Assembly (NCBI GenBank): GCA_049600935.1
Contig: JBMYQB010000003.1
Coordinates: forward strand, 9,113 to 73,112
DNA length: 64,000 bases
From: Poseidonia sp.
GTDB lineage: Archaea > Thermoplasmatota > Poseidoniia > Poseidoniales > Poseidoniaceae
Direction: 5' to 3'
Shown piece by piece: positions 1-9,765 of this stretch (its first letter is position 1; each line of letters begins with the position of its first letter). Both the position numbers and the translations under genes were made by a program. The notes beneath the pieces were generated by a model that saw only the letters and a list, made by a program, of their open reading frames with translations, had not been told where the DNA came from and did no database searches.

Positions 1-8
1 AGTGTCAA

Positions 9-761
9 ATGGAGTCGCCTCACATGCCGAACATCATCGTCCTCGTCAAGCAAGTTCCAGACACCAACGCCAAGATTGTCGTCAGCGGCGACCGAGTTGA
101 CCTCTCTTCGGTCAAAATGGTCATGAGCCCCTACGATGAGTTTGCCGTTGAAACAGCACTCAAGCATCGTGAAGCCGCTGGTGGTGAAGTCACGGCCTTG
201 ACGGTGGGCGGCGCAGGTGCTGAGAAGATCCTGAAGGACGCCAAAGCCATCGGCGTGGACCACATCGTACGCATTGATGCTGAAGGTGAGATGGACTCAA
301 ATGCATTGCAATCCATGATTGCTCAAGCCGTTAGCGAACTCAACGGCGAAGTGGTTTACTGCGGCAAATCCGCTGCCGACACGGGTGCTGGCTCGACCGG
401 CCCCGGGGTGGCAGAGCGAATGGGTTGGGCTTCGGTGTCCAACATCATCGGTGCAGCCTTCGACGGCGGATTGTCCGTCACCATGCCAAGCGGTGGTGGG
501 AATGCTAAGGTGAGCGTTCCGCTTCCTGCCGTCGTGTCGTGCGACAAAGGCGATTTCAAGGTCAGAAAGCCCAACGTCAAGGGCATCATGCAAGCAAAGA
601 AAGCCAGCGTTGATGTTCGTTCTATAGAGGCTCCTTCTTCCACAGTTTCCATTCTCTCCCACTCGCTCCCACCCGCCAAGCCCGCAGGAAAGAGCTACGA
701 GGGAGGAGCGGCGGCAGCCGAAGTCGCACAGTTGCTTCGAGACGAAGCCAACATCCTATGA
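9..761 (+). CDS. etfB: electron transfer flavoprotein beta subunit (EtfB)
   Basis: 250-aa ORF. N-terminal IIVLVKQVPDT and overall EtfB-like layout. Immediately followed by the EtfA gene. True start may be the internal Met (MPNIIV, about nt 24). Confidence 0.8.
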   Translation: MESPHMPNIIVLVKQVPDTNAKIVVSGDRVDLSSVKMVMSPYDEFAVETALKHREAAGGEVTALTVGGAGAEKILKDAKAIGVDHIVRIDAEGEMDSNALQSMIAQAVSELNGEVVYCGKSAADTGAGSTGPGVAERMGWASVSNIIGAAFDGGLSVTMPSGGGNAKVSVPLPAVVSCDKGDFKVRKPNVKGIMQAKKASVDVRSIEAPSSTVSILSHSLPPAKPAGKSYEGGAAAAEVAQLLRDEANIL

Positions 762-770
762 GGTGAACAC

Positions 771-1697
771 ATGACACAGACCATCGTTATCGCAGAAATG
801 AGCAACAACGCCGTCCACCCCAGCACCGCCGAACTGGTCAGTGCTGCACTCACCTTTGGGGGTGAACCAACCCTCGTTGTCCCGTGCACCGATGCTGCAC
901 AGGCCGACGGTGCCGCAGGCATGGGAGCAGGAAACATCATCGCCGCAAAGTCCGCTGCCTTTGCTCACTACGACGCAAGCGGTTGGGCGGCTGCTCTGGA
1001 TGCCGTGATTCCTCACGGCACCATCATCACCGGCGCCAGCCCGCAATCCAAGGACCTCGCCGCTCGCTTGGCTGCACGACGCAGCATCTCGGTGGTACAA
1101 GACGCCATCGCCATCGAAGGCAGCAACATCACGTCCCCGGTTTACAGCGGAAAAGCCATGCAAACCGTCTCAGCCACCGGCCCCGTTGCAATTTCAGTTC
1201 GTTCCAACATCTTCCCGGCTGCTCAAGGTGGCGCCTCGGATGTGGGTGTACTCGACACCGACGGCAACGTTGCAACCTCTGTTCAGGAATTCATGGCTCG
1301 CGCCTCAGCCCGTTTGGATGTCGCTGAAGCCAACATCATCATTTCAGGTGGCCGAGGTATGGGCTCACCCGACAACTTCTCCCACCTGGAAGCCATTGCC
1401 GATACGATCGGTGCCGCCGTCGGTGCTTCTCGTGCCGCTGTCGACACATGGGAAGCCATTCCTCACTCAATGCAGGTTGGTCAGACGGGTAAGACGGTGA
1501 ACCCCAACCTCTACATTGCGGTGGGCATCTCTGGCGCCATTCAGCACCTTGCTGGAATGCGCTCATCAAAATACATCGTGGCCATCAACAAAGACGCCGA
1601 TGCACCCATTTTCCAGCACGCCGACTACGGCATTGTCGCTACCTGGGAAGACGCTCTTCCTGTCCTTCATGAAAGCCTCAAAGGCATGATGGGATAA
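771..1697 (+). CDS. etfA: electron transfer flavoprotein alpha subunit (EtfA)
   Basis: 308-aa ORF with a C-terminal FAD-binding region typical of EtfA (IAVGISGAIQHLAGM...IVAINKD). Start is 10 nt after the etfB stop. Confidence 0.8.
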   Translation: MTQTIVIAEMSNNAVHPSTAELVSAALTFGGEPTLVVPCTDAAQADGAAGMGAGNIIAAKSAAFAHYDASGWAAALDAVIPHGTIITGASPQSKDLAARLAARRSISVVQDAIAIEGSNITSPVYSGKAMQTVSATGPVAISVRSNIFPAAQGGASDVGVLDTDGNVATSVQEFMARASARLDVAEANIIISGGRGMGSPDNFSHLEAIADTIGAAVGASRAAVDTWEAIPHSMQVGQTGKTVNPNLYIAVGISGAIQHLAGMRSSKYIVAINKDADAPIFQHADYGIVATWEDALPVLHESLKGMMG

Positions 1698-2510
1698 TCA
1701 AGCGTACTTTCCAAACCCGTAGGTACCGCCTTCACCTGCCGGTTCACCTACAAACGGATTGGTTCGTTTCTCGTGGCCAATGGTGGTTAACGGTCCGTGT
1801 CCGGGATGAACGATGGTGGTTTCATCGAGCGGCCACAATTGGGTGTGAATGGACGTGGCAAGCAGATCGAAGTCGCCTCCTGAGTTTGCAATATCGGTTC
1901 GACCAACGGATCCGGCAAACAGGGTATCACCGACAAAAACATGGTCGGGGCCATCTTCGACTGGAAGAAGCAAGCAACATCCGCCGAGGGTATGACCGGG
2001 CGTGTGGAGCACCTGAAGTTGAATGCTTCCAAAGGCGTACGTTTCCTTGGCGGCCAGCGGTTTATCGGCAACAGCCGGTTCGGGAAGATGAAGGCCATAG
2101 CGGCGGCCCGAGGCCTGGGCGAGTGTTTGGAGGAAGGTATCGTCCGGGTGAAGGTACCAGTCAACATCGTAGTGTTCTCGCAAGATTGGAATAAAGCCGC
2201 TGTGGTCAAAATGCGCATGGGTGTTCACGAGCGCCACCACCCGCCGTTGTGGGAGGTTTTGTTCTTCAGCCATCGCTCTGTTTTCGGGGCCCGTCGTCCA
2301 ATTAGGGCCCGGCCCCTCAAAACGGTCAATCCAGTCAATAAGGCGCTGGGGTTCATCTCCCCCGTCGACGATGATGGTGTCGCCGTTGGCTCGGTCGGTG
2401 ACCACGGAGCACCGCATCTGGAGGGGGCCGACGAAAAAGTGTTCAATCCATGGTTCGGTCAGAGCCATGACCGACTGAGGGCGGACTCCTTCATGAGGTT
2501 GAGCCATCAA
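1698..2510 (-). CDS. MBL-fold metallo-hydrolase (glyoxalase II-like)
   Basis: 270-aa ORF with the HxHxDH motif (NTHAHFDHSG) and downstream His/Asp ligands of the metallo-beta-lactamase fold. Confidence 0.65.
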   Translation of the reverse strand: MMAQPHEGVRPQSVMALTEPWIEHFFVGPLQMRCSVVTDRANGDTIIVDGGDEPQRLIDWIDRFEGPGPNWTTGPENRAMAEEQNLPQRRVVALVNTHAHFDHSGFIPILREHYDVDWYLHPDDTFLQTLAQASGRRYGLHLPEPAVADKPLAAKETYAFGSIQLQVLHTPGHTLGGCCLLLPVEDGPDHVFVGDTLFAGSVGRTDIANSGGDFDLLATSIHTQLWPLDETTIVHPGHGPLTTIGHEKRTNPFVGEPAGEGGTYGFGKYA

Positions 2511-4116
2511 TCACATGCACCACAAGGGAATCGGTGGTCCACGAGCCTTGGCGGTCAACCACGCGCAATTCAAACCGGTGCCGTCCTACGGGGAGTTTGA
2601 GTTTGAGTTGAGGTGTTTCAGACAATTCTTGCCCCCGCTCGTCGTGCCAGGACCAGCGCGAAATTTGGTCGTGAGGGTCGTATGAGCCACGCCCGTCAAG
2701 CAACACCACGCAGGTACCGTCCTCTTCTGCATGTTGGCGTTGGTCATCACCTGCCACGGCCCTTGGTGCAATCACTTCGTCAACAGACGCTGAAAGCGCA
2801 TCAAGAAGTTCGCCCGTATCTTCCATACTGAGTTCCTCGGTGCTGTTGAGTGCCTCCATCAACCCTTCTTCATCAAGCACGGTCATATCCTCCGAGGAGG
2901 ATGGGTTGGCCGTCCCCATCGCCGCCAACAAGGAAGCAGCAGGGTGTTCGGATGAGGGGGCGGCCCCGTACGAAGCACGTTCTTCTTCCGTAAGATGAGC
3001 CAACACATCCTCACCGTCGTTCTCGTAGAGATCTTCTGCCGTCAATGCTTCAGCAGCACGAGTGGATTGGAACCAGAGAGAAAGCTCGGCAGCATCGGTT
3101 TCGACAAGGGGGCTGTTGAGATCAATGCAGCCAATCGGTTCTGGGTCGGTGTAGTCGTTTTGGTCGTCGCCTGCAAACAACACGAGGTTTCGAGCGGAAT
3201 GGCAGCACAGCATCTGTGCCATGCCCTGATGCTCGACCTTCCACTCCTCGCCATCGGTGAGCCCGTGAATGTAAAACCACGAGCTGGCAATGACGCTTGA
3301 ACGGTGCTCAAAACATGAAAAAATTGGATGCTTGGTGGTGAGGGCCACCTCGGCATGGCCGTTTTCTTGGAGCAGTTGAACCGTGCCATCGTCAAACCCA
3401 AGCACGGCCCCCAGCGTTGCAGGAGAGGAAGTAAGTAAACGCATACGTTGCTCCGAGCGAAGTACCAGTGCCCCGTCCCTCCAGAGTTCAAACTCAATGG
3501 CCTCTTCGTCCCCAGCAACCAGAGCGTGACCTTCTCGGCTGAGGAACATCGCCCCACCTTTCGTCAGCCCGAGGTGGGTAATTCGCTCGCCATGGTCTCC
3601 GCGTTGAGGCCGACGCCATCGAATTGACGCTTCGTCAAGCGAGAGCACCAGGCCGCTCTGCTCTGCGATGAAAATTTCACTGGATGATGCTGCAAAGTGA
3701 AGAAGGTCGCCTAAACCAAATCGTTCAGAGAGGTTGACCGATGGACGTTCAAATTGGTGCAATTGAAGGTGACCCATGCCGCTCAGAACCACCAATTTCA
3801 GACCCATGGCTTGGCATGATTGAACCCCCCCGTCGACGTCTTGGGTTTCGAGAAGTACGCCTTTGTGGTCGTAAAAAAAGAGATGGCCAAGGTCATCACC
3901 GACGACGAGATGGGTGCGATGAAACATCAAGAAACTCACATTGTGGTCGATGGCTACGGTGGCTACCGGCACCAGTCCAGTCCCATCCATTCGGGCGATT
4001 GAGAAGGTGCGATTCTTCTCTGCCCAAGCAAGAAGTTCCTCTCCCTCCTCAAGAGAGAGATGCTGCACCGTGTGTTCTGGCTTGGCCAACGAAAGCACAT
4101 GGTGGGTCAAGACCAT
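2491..4116 (-). CDS. hypothetical protein: beta-propeller-like N-terminal region, acidic linker, C-terminal PKD-like domain
   Basis: 541-aa ORF. Repetitive GH/WD-like beta-strand segments N-terminally, a long Asp/Glu/Ser-rich low-complexity linker, and a C-terminal approx 90 aa resembling a PKD/Ig-like fold (WSWHDERG...RHRFELRVVDRQGSWTTDSLVVHV). No signal peptide or TM segment seen. Confidence 0.4.
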   Translation of the reverse strand: MVLTHHVLSLAKPEHTVQHLSLEEGEELLAWAEKNRTFSIARMDGTGLVPVATVAIDHNVSFLMFHRTHLVVGDDLGHLFFYDHKGVLLETQDVDGGVQSCQAMGLKLVVLSGMGHLQLHQFERPSVNLSERFGLGDLLHFAASSSEIFIAEQSGLVLSLDEASIRWRRPQRGDHGERITHLGLTKGGAMFLSREGHALVAGDEEAIEFELWRDGALVLRSEQRMRLLTSSPATLGAVLGFDDGTVQLLQENGHAEVALTTKHPIFSCFEHRSSVIASSWFYIHGLTDGEEWKVEHQGMAQMLCCHSARNLVLFAGDDQNDYTDPEPIGCIDLNSPLVETDAAELSLWFQSTRAAEALTAEDLYENDGEDVLAHLTEEERASYGAAPSSEHPAASLLAAMGTANPSSSEDMTVLDEEGLMEALNSTEELSMEDTGELLDALSASVDEVIAPRAVAGDDQRQHAEEDGTCVVLLDGRGSYDPHDQISRWSWHDERGQELSETPQLKLKLPVGRHRFELRVVDRQGSWTTDSLVVHVIDGSTS

Positions 4117-4170
4117 GTCTGCAGGTTGGAGAAGCAGTTCAAAAGCACTCGCTTCTCGTGTTCCTCTGCA

Positions 4171-5712
4171 TCAGGACGCATCATCGTTGTGCAGGTCGAT
4201 GACGGCATCATCTGCATGGACGCGCCCCTTGGCAGCGTCGTTGCGAGCATCTTCCAGTTTTTGCAAATACCCTGAATCAATATCGCCGGTGATGTATTCG
4301 CCGTTGAAACAACTTGAATCAAACGATGATACGGTAGAGGTGGGTTGTTTGGTGACCTCAATCAAATCTTCGAGGGTCTGGTAAAACAAACGGTCGCTGC
4401 CGATGGTGTCGTTGATCTCCTCAACGGTCCGACCGTTGGCGATGAATTCGTCGACAGCAGGCATGTCAATCCCGTAGACATTTGGATGACGAACGGGGGG
4501 TGCGGCTGATGCGAAGTAGACTTTAGCGGCGCCGACATCCCTTGCCATCTCGATGATTTGCGCGCTCGTGGTGCCCCGAACGATGGAGTCGTCAACGAGA
4601 AGCACATTTTTCCCGCTGAATTCATGCTCAATGGCGTTCAGTTTCCGTCGAACCGACTTTTCTCGCAGGGCTTGGCCGGGCATGATGAACGTGCGGCCAA
4701 CGTAGCGATTTTTCACAAATCCTTCACGATAAGGGAGATTCAAAGCCTTGGCCATCTGCAAGGCGGCAATGCGTCCAGAATCCGGAATTGGAATCACGAC
4801 ATCGATGTCGTGTTCTGGCCAGGATTCAAGCAAACGCTCAGCGAGGCGCTGGCCTTGATTGAGACGCGACTGGTAAACCGACATGCCGTCAATGACCGAA
4901 TCGGGCCGGGCGAAGTAGACGTGTTCGAAGATGCATGGTGAGTAACTCGCTGGAGGTGAGCATTGTCGGGTGAAAAGATGGCCCGATGCACTGATGAAAA
5001 TCGCCTCGCCGGGCGCAATGTCCCTGACAATTTCAAAACCGAGGGCCGTGATGGCCACGCTTTCACTGGCGACGATGTATTCCGTCGTTCCGCTTGCTTC
5101 TCGCTTACCGTAAATCAGTGGCCGAATGCCGTTAGGGTCTCGGAAGGCGAGCAAACCGTAGCCCGAAATGACGGACACACAGGCATAGCCTCCACGAACA
5201 CGCTCGTTGACGGCGGTGATGGCTCCGAAGATGGTTTCGATGTTGATGTGGGGGTCGCCCTTGATTCGAAGCGAAGAAGAGCGTTCACCGAGTTCAACAG
5301 CAAGAGCGTTCAAGAGCAATTCCGAGTCGCTCGTGGTGTTGATATGGCGCATGCATTCGTCTCGGAGATGTACGGCCAGTTCATCGGCGTTGGTGAGGTT
5401 GCCGTTGTGGGCCAAGGCAATACCGTAAGGTGAGTTGACATAGAAGGGTTGAGCCTCTGCTCGAGACGACGACCCTGCCGTGGGGTAGCGAACATGCCCG
5501 ATGCCGACATTGCCCTCAAGGCGAAGCATGTGTCGCTTGAAGAACACATCAGCTACCAAACCGTTGGCTTTGCGGAGACGGAATTGACCCTCGGTATCCG
5601 TCAAGATGCCCGCTGCATCTTGACCACGATGCTGGAGCACGGTAAGGCCGTCATACAACAACTGGTTGACGTGAGCACCTTGCTGACCAACGATGCCAAG
5701 AATGCCGCACAT
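4171..5712 (-). CDS. purF: amidophosphoribosyltransferase (PurF)
   Basis: 513-aa ORF starting MCGILGIV (Ntn-hydrolase catalytic Cys after Met). Glutamine amidotransferase class II N-domain plus a PRTase domain ([14 protein letters not shown]). Confidence 0.9.
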   Translation of the reverse strand: MCGILGIVGQQGAHVNQLLYDGLTVLQHRGQDAAGILTDTEGQFRLRKANGLVADVFFKRHMLRLEGNVGIGHVRYPTAGSSSRAEAQPFYVNSPYGIALAHNGNLTNADELAVHLRDECMRHINTTSDSELLLNALAVELGERSSSLRIKGDPHINIETIFGAITAVNERVRGGYACVSVISGYGLLAFRDPNGIRPLIYGKREASGTTEYIVASESVAITALGFEIVRDIAPGEAIFISASGHLFTRQCSPPASYSPCIFEHVYFARPDSVIDGMSVYQSRLNQGQRLAERLLESWPEHDIDVVIPIPDSGRIAALQMAKALNLPYREGFVKNRYVGRTFIMPGQALREKSVRRKLNAIEHEFSGKNVLLVDDSIVRGTTSAQIIEMARDVGAAKVYFASAAPPVRHPNVYGIDMPAVDEFIANGRTVEEINDTIGSDRLFYQTLEDLIEVTKQPTSTVSSFDSSCFNGEYITGDIDSGYLQKLEDARNDAAKGRVHADDAVIDLHNDDAS

Positions 5713-5770
5713 GCGTTCGCCTCGTTTGCACTAATCTGAGGTTGCTTCTTATCGTTGCGATGAGAAAAGT

Positions 5771-5950
5771 TCACGCCTTAGGGCGGTGAGTTTTCTTGGA
5801 CCAGTTGTATTTTCGGATCCTTGAGGATTCGCCATAACCACAGGACGAGCAGACCTTTTTCTGCTTGTGATAGGCGTTGCGTCCGCATCGGCGGCATCGA
5901 ATGTGCGTGGTCTTCTGACGCTTACCCATGGACGGTGTACCTTTGGACAT
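5771..5950 (-). CDS. rpl37e: 50S ribosomal protein L37e
   Basis: Not in the ORF track (59 aa). Hand translation of the minus strand gives [59 protein letters not shown], with the C4 zinc ribbon characteristic of L37e. ATG is at 5950-5948 and TGA at 5773-5771. Confidence 0.8.
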   Translation of the reverse strand: MSKGTPSMGKRQKTTHIRCRRCGRNAYHKQKKVCSSCGYGESSRIRKYNWSKKTHRPKA

Positions 5951-6019
5951 GCGCTCACCCGAACGACTTGGCCACCGACCACCCCCTTATGAAAGCAACG
6001 GCAGACGTTTTGCAGTGGT

Positions 6020-6493
6020 TCACTCCTCTTCGAATTGAATCCTACGAGGCGGGCTGTTCATCAAACTGGCAAACAGCGTACCTGCAACGACAAGGGTGGC
6101 CAAACCCAGACCGATGATGGTCGTTCCAAACCGTATCAAGTTTGATAGCGCCTGGGCCCGTACCGAGCCGTTGTCTTCCATGAGCAACTCCCCCTGAGAG
6201 AGGAAGAATACGGTTAATCCAGCGCCGAGAAGTACGCTCAGGAACATCCCGACCAACGGCGCAAGTGGACGTTTACGAGCGTCCCCGTACACGAAGAGCG
6301 TGAGTAAAAGAAGGAAAGAAACAAACGTGAACGACGTGAGAAGTGCGTTTGCAAACCGGATCAGCGCACCCTCACTCGCACCGTCCGAAAGCCACCACAC
6401 CAACAACAAGACAACCAAGGCTGGAAGGAGAGCGAAACTTCCCAGACGTGCAAAGGACCTCAGAGGTGATGATTCACTCATCTTCATGGCCAC
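6020..6493 (-). CDS. hypothetical integral membrane protein
   Basis: 157-aa ORF with about four hydrophobic helices (LLPALVVLLLVWWL, FTFVSFLLLLTLFVY, FLSVLLGAGLTVFFL, IIGLGLATLVVAGTLF). No recognisable motif. Confidence 0.4.
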   Translation of the reverse strand: MAMKMSESSPLRSFARLGSFALLPALVVLLLVWWLSDGASEGALIRFANALLTSFTFVSFLLLLTLFVYGDARKRPLAPLVGMFLSVLLGAGLTVFFLSQGELLMEDNGSVRAQALSNLIRFGTTIIGLGLATLVVAGTLFASLMNSPPRRIQFEEE

Positions 6494-7340
6494 CCCCTAC
6501 ATGGTTAGCGATGATTGAACTGGCTTGGTCAAGTTGGTCCTGCGTGGGTGGGTCCAAGCGTTTTGGGTGCGGTTGCTGAGTTTCGTAGAACGCCAAAACA
6601 ACGGCAAAAAGCAAGACGGCCAAAGCGGTGCCGACCATTGCTCCAAACATGTCCGCTGCTGCAAGCAAGATTTCCTTAGCGAACTGTTGGTGGTCAACAT
6701 TGGGCCCATCAAGGGATGAACCGAGGAGGAGAAGAACAATGGCAAAGGTAGCGATGAGGACGGCAAGCCGTTGCTCTCGTTGACGTTCCTCACCTACCAG
6801 GCCCACCACAGCGTAGGCCCCCGTTGAACACGCTAACACGCCCAGAAGCATCGTCGGCCAAAAAATGAGCCAGTACTTGTTCACCTCATCCGGATAGGTT
6901 GGCGTGATGGTCCACCAGTGCATGGCCTCGAGCCACAACACCCCCACCAGAACCATGCCAACGCCAACGTTGCGGTCTCGTTGACTCAAACGGCCAACTG
7001 GAACATTTCCAGAAAAGGCGATTTGATAGAGCCCCACAGCCAACAGGACCGAGGGACCCACAAGGCTACCCAGGAGATGGCCGAAGGCACTCGAAGGCGA
7101 AAACGACAGGGTCCATGGCGTGGCCATGAGCGAACCAAAGCCCAGGATGGCCATACCAAGGCCAACTTTACGTTGACCGGATTGCTTCGAAAAAAACGCC
7201 AACATGGCTCCTGTCACAACAAAAAGGCCTGCAAGCCAGAAGAAAACGAAGGCTTGCGTCGCTTCTTCCATGGACGGTGCTGGGCGCAGAGATTTATAGA
7301 GAATCCCACGCATTGAACCGCAGTGGCCCGATTGCCTCAA
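6474..7340 (-). CDS. hypothetical polytopic membrane protein
   Basis: 288-aa ORF with at least six predicted TM helices. Start more likely the internal Met (MEEATQAF, about 7271). Overlaps the upstream membrane ORF by 20 nt, suggesting a coupled pair. Confidence 0.4.
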   Translation of the reverse strand: MRQSGHCGSMRGILYKSLRPAPSMEEATQAFVFFWLAGLFVVTGAMLAFFSKQSGQRKVGLGMAILGFGSLMATPWTLSFSPSSAFGHLLGSLVGPSVLLAVGLYQIAFSGNVPVGRLSQRDRNVGVGMVLVGVLWLEAMHWWTITPTYPDEVNKYWLIFWPTMLLGVLACSTGAYAVVGLVGEERQREQRLAVLIATFAIVLLLLGSSLDGPNVDHQQFAKEILLAAADMFGAMVGTALAVLLFAVVLAFYETQQPHPKRLDPPTQDQLDQASSIIANHVGGGHEDE

Positions 7341-7399
7341 AACGCATGGCGGAGGGCATAAATACCCCCCCTCTGTGGGCTGAACGCTTAGGTGTTCAC

Positions 7400-7684
7400 A
7401 TGGTGAAGCGACCCCGTCAAGTTATGCGCTACAGCCCGTCTGCTGGCAAGCACACCCTCCACACGGTTGAGCGTGTCAAGAAAAAGCGAGCCTCCGAGCT
7501 CCGATGGGGTCAGCGTCGCTTCCGCCGCGTCATGGCTGGGTACCGTGGTTTCCCACGTCCAAAGCCCGACGGTCGAGAAAAACCAACCAAGCGAGTCAAC
7601 ATTCTCTACCGCTGCACTGAAACCGGTAAAGCTCACTACGCTCCTTGCAAGCGTGCCAAGAAATTCGAACTCATCGACCGCTGA
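7400..7684 (+). CDS. rpl44e: 50S ribosomal protein L44e
   Basis: C-terminal part of the listed 7277..7684 ORF. From MVKRPRQVMRYSPSAGKHTLHTV...ILYRCTETGKAHYAPCKRAKKFELI it shows the L44e zinc-ribbon pattern (C..H...C..C). Start ATG at 7400 is preceded by an aggtg SD-like element. Confidence 0.75.
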   Translation: MVKRPRQVMRYSPSAGKHTLHTVERVKKKRASELRWGQRRFRRVMAGYRGFPRPKPDGREKPTKRVNILYRCTETGKAHYAPCKRAKKFELIDR

Positions 7685-7694
7685 GGTGCATCAC

Positions 7695-7865
7695 ATGACC
7701 AATCATTTTCTCCGAGTAAGTTGCCGCGACTGCGGAAACGAATCGATCATCTTCTCCCGCGCCACCACCGCCATTGCCTGTGGTGTCTGCAGCGCCACCT
7801 TGACCAAGCCGGCTGGCGGTAAGGCGGATCTTGTCGGATGCACCGTTGTTGAAGCATTGAATTGA
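7695..7865 (+). CDS. rps27e: 30S ribosomal protein S27e
   Basis: 56 aa: MTNHFLRVSCRDCGNESIIFSRATTAIACGVCSATLTKPAGGKADLVGC..., the C4 zinc finger characteristic of S27e. The track ORF 7467..7865 starts too far upstream. Classic archaeal L44e-S27e-aIF2a order. Confidence 0.8.
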   Translation: MTNHFLRVSCRDCGNESIIFSRATTAIACGVCSATLTKPAGGKADLVGCTVVEALN

Positions 7866-7880
7866 GGAGGCTGAGCCTCC

Positions 7881-8669
7881 ATGTCAACTCAAGACGGCGC
7901 CACCCCAGAAGAAGGCGAATTGGTGGTTGCCACCATCACAAATGTCAAACAAAACGGTGCCTATGTTGACCTGGATGAATACCAGGGCATCGAGGGTTTC
8001 ATTTTCATTGGCGAAATCGCCTCAGGCTGGGTCAAAAACATTCGAGGTTTCGTCCGTGAAGGGCAGCGTGTCATCTGTAAAGTGATGCGAACTCGCCGGG
8101 ACGGAACATCGCTCGAACTGTCCTTGAAATCGGTCTCAGAGGAACGCCGTCGAGACCGCCTACAAGAGTGGAAGAACGAACAGCGTGCCCAACAACTGCT
8201 CAAAGTTCTCGGAGAAAAGGTTGGCTGGAGTGAGGAAGAGGTTGCTGAACAAGCCCACGAACTGGCCGAAGCCTTTGGTGGACTGTACACTGCGTTTGAA
8301 GAAGCCGCCATGCAAGAAGATGCCCTGCAAAACGCAGGCTTTGAGGGTGATTGGCTGGCTGCCTTCATCGAAATCGCCGTTGAAAACATCATTCCCCCCT
8401 TCGTTGAAGTACGAGGGACGTTGACGTTGTCCATCAACGTCACCGACGGTGTATCCGTCATTCGTTCAGCGCTTGAAGCCGCAGAGGCTCTGTCGAACGA
8501 AACCGAAGAGATCGATGTCAAATGCTTCTATGACGGCGCACCATCCTACCGAATTGAACTTCGTGCTCCCGATTTCAAGGTCGCAGAGACGATGTGGGAA
8601 GAAGCGACTCAGGCCGTGGTGAACCACATGACGGCAGCAGGCGGCGAAGCGACCGCAGAACGAGAGTGA
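7881..8669 (+). CDS. eif2a: translation initiation factor 2 alpha subunit (aIF2-alpha)
   Basis: 262-aa ORF. N-terminal S1/OB domain (GELVVATITNVKQNGAYVDLDEYQGIEGFIFIGEIASGW) followed by the helical and alpha-beta domains. GGAGG SD 8 nt upstream. Confidence 0.85.
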   Translation: MSTQDGATPEEGELVVATITNVKQNGAYVDLDEYQGIEGFIFIGEIASGWVKNIRGFVREGQRVICKVMRTRRDGTSLELSLKSVSEERRRDRLQEWKNEQRAQQLLKVLGEKVGWSEEEVAEQAHELAEAFGGLYTAFEEAAMQEDALQNAGFEGDWLAAFIEIAVENIIPPFVEVRGTLTLSINVTDGVSVIRSALEAAEALSNETEEIDVKCFYDGAPSYRIELRAPDFKVAETMWEEATQAVVNHMTAAGGEATAERE

Positions 8670-8673
8670 GTTC

Positions 8674-8913
8674 ATGGCCAAGCAACGAATGCAGCAGTGC
8701 CTGACATGCGGCGCGTTTTCGCTCAAAACAACCTGTCCAGCCTGTGGTGAACGGGCACAAGCAGCCGCTCCTCTCAAGTGGTCACCGGAAGACCACAGAG
8801 CCGCCCTTCGGAGAAAAATGAACGGTGTTGAAGATGCTGAATGGGCCGCCAACCTCGCCACGCTCCCTCACCTTGACAAATTGAAGGCTGAACTGAACGC
8901 TGAGGAAGAGTGA
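8674..8913 (+). CDS. nop10: H/ACA RNP protein Nop10
   Basis: 79-aa ORF: LTCGAFSLKTTCPACGERAQAAAPLKWSPEDH, the Nop10 zinc ribbon plus a conserved P..SPED segment. Longer than typical Nop10 because of a basic/acidic C-terminal tail. Position after aIF2a is canonical. Confidence 0.75.
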   Translation: MAKQRMQQCLTCGAFSLKTTCPACGERAQAAAPLKWSPEDHRAALRRKMNGVEDAEWAANLATLPHLDKLKAELNAEEE

Positions 8914-8968
8914 CCGACGCTCACCAAAGCATCACAAAACGACCCCATCATCACGTTGGGAATGTCAA

Positions 8969-8976
8969 ACATTATA
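8969..8976 (+). promoter_or_regulatory. candidate archaeal TATA box (cattatag) for the PAC2 gene
   Basis: AT-rich octamer about 27-34 nt upstream of ATG 9003, preceded by purine-rich BRE-like aaac, in otherwise GC-rich DNA. Spacing fits a leaderless archaeal transcript. Confidence 0.35.
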
Positions 8977-9002
8977 GCGCGTGTTGACGGGTTTGGCGTT
9001 TC

Positions 9003-9758
9003 ATGACCATGCGTGTTGAGTGGAGAAACGGCCATACCTCATTCCCTTCCCAAGCCACGGTCTTGGTCGCCTTCCCAGGGGTAGGTAACATTGGCAAAGT
9101 CGCTGTGGACTCCGTCAGTGAACTTCATGATTCCATTGAAATCGCACGCCTGCACCCCGTAGGCCTTCCTCCTCACGCCCATCTTGATGAAGATGGATTG
9201 CTCGCCCCACCTCACCTCTCCCTTCGGCAGATTCAGACCTCGAAAGGGGCACCACTCATCACACTGACCGGCAAGACGCAACCCACTGAGCCGAGCCAAC
9301 AATCAGCGCTGGCCACCGAATTGATGACCTTCCTTGAAGGCCAAAAGACCTCGACCGTTTTGGTGCTGGCTGGGATGTTTGACAAGCCAGAGAACAAAGA
9401 GACCTTTGCGGTCGCCAGTTCTTCATCCTTCAGGATTGACATGGAAGCCATGGGTGTGGACGTTCGCCGAGATCAGCCACGTTCTGGAGCCATCGGCCTG
9501 CCTGCCCTTCTGGCTTCGATGGGGCCGCTGTACAACATCAACTCTGCATGCGTCATCTCAACCACGGTCGGAAGCAGTGGCGACATCATGGGGTCGCAAC
9601 GCATCATCGAACATCTCGAGCGATGGTTTGGCTATGGCTTGACCGTGCCCACCAACGGCGGCGATTGGCTCCGAGAGCGTCTTGAGGCGATGGCCCCTTC
9701 TGAAAAAGACGACCTCGTGAAGGAGATGACCGCCTCTCATGATGCGTTCTATATGTGA
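9003..9758 (+). CDS. PAC2-family proteasome assembly chaperone
   Basis: 251-aa ORF with N-terminal VLVAFPGVGNIGKVAVD, matching the PAC2 G-x-P-G-x-G-x-V-G motif. Archaeal PAC2 commonly follows the aIF2a/Nop10 cluster. Confidence 0.65.
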   Translation: MTMRVEWRNGHTSFPSQATVLVAFPGVGNIGKVAVDSVSELHDSIEIARLHPVGLPPHAHLDEDGLLAPPHLSLRQIQTSKGAPLITLTGKTQPTEPSQQSALATELMTFLEGQKTSTVLVLAGMFDKPENKETFAVASSSSFRIDMEAMGVDVRRDQPRSGAIGLPALLASMGPLYNINSACVISTTVGSSGDIMGSQRIIEHLERWFGYGLTVPTNGGDWLRERLEAMAPSEKDDLVKEMTASHDAFYM

Positions 9759-9765
9759 TTGAGAG

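Noticed and set aside
884-1327. 147-aa Arg/His/Cys-rich ORF inside etfA in another frame
   Set aside because: Extreme Arg/His composition from GC-rich out-of-frame codons. Overlaps a confidently identified gene.
7863-7880. Small hairpin ggaggc-tga-gcctcc between rps27e and the aIF2-alpha gene
   Set aside because: It contains the GGAGG ribosome-binding site for the downstream gene 5 nt before its ATG. Most simply an SD sequence with a fortuitous complement, not a terminator (no T-tract).
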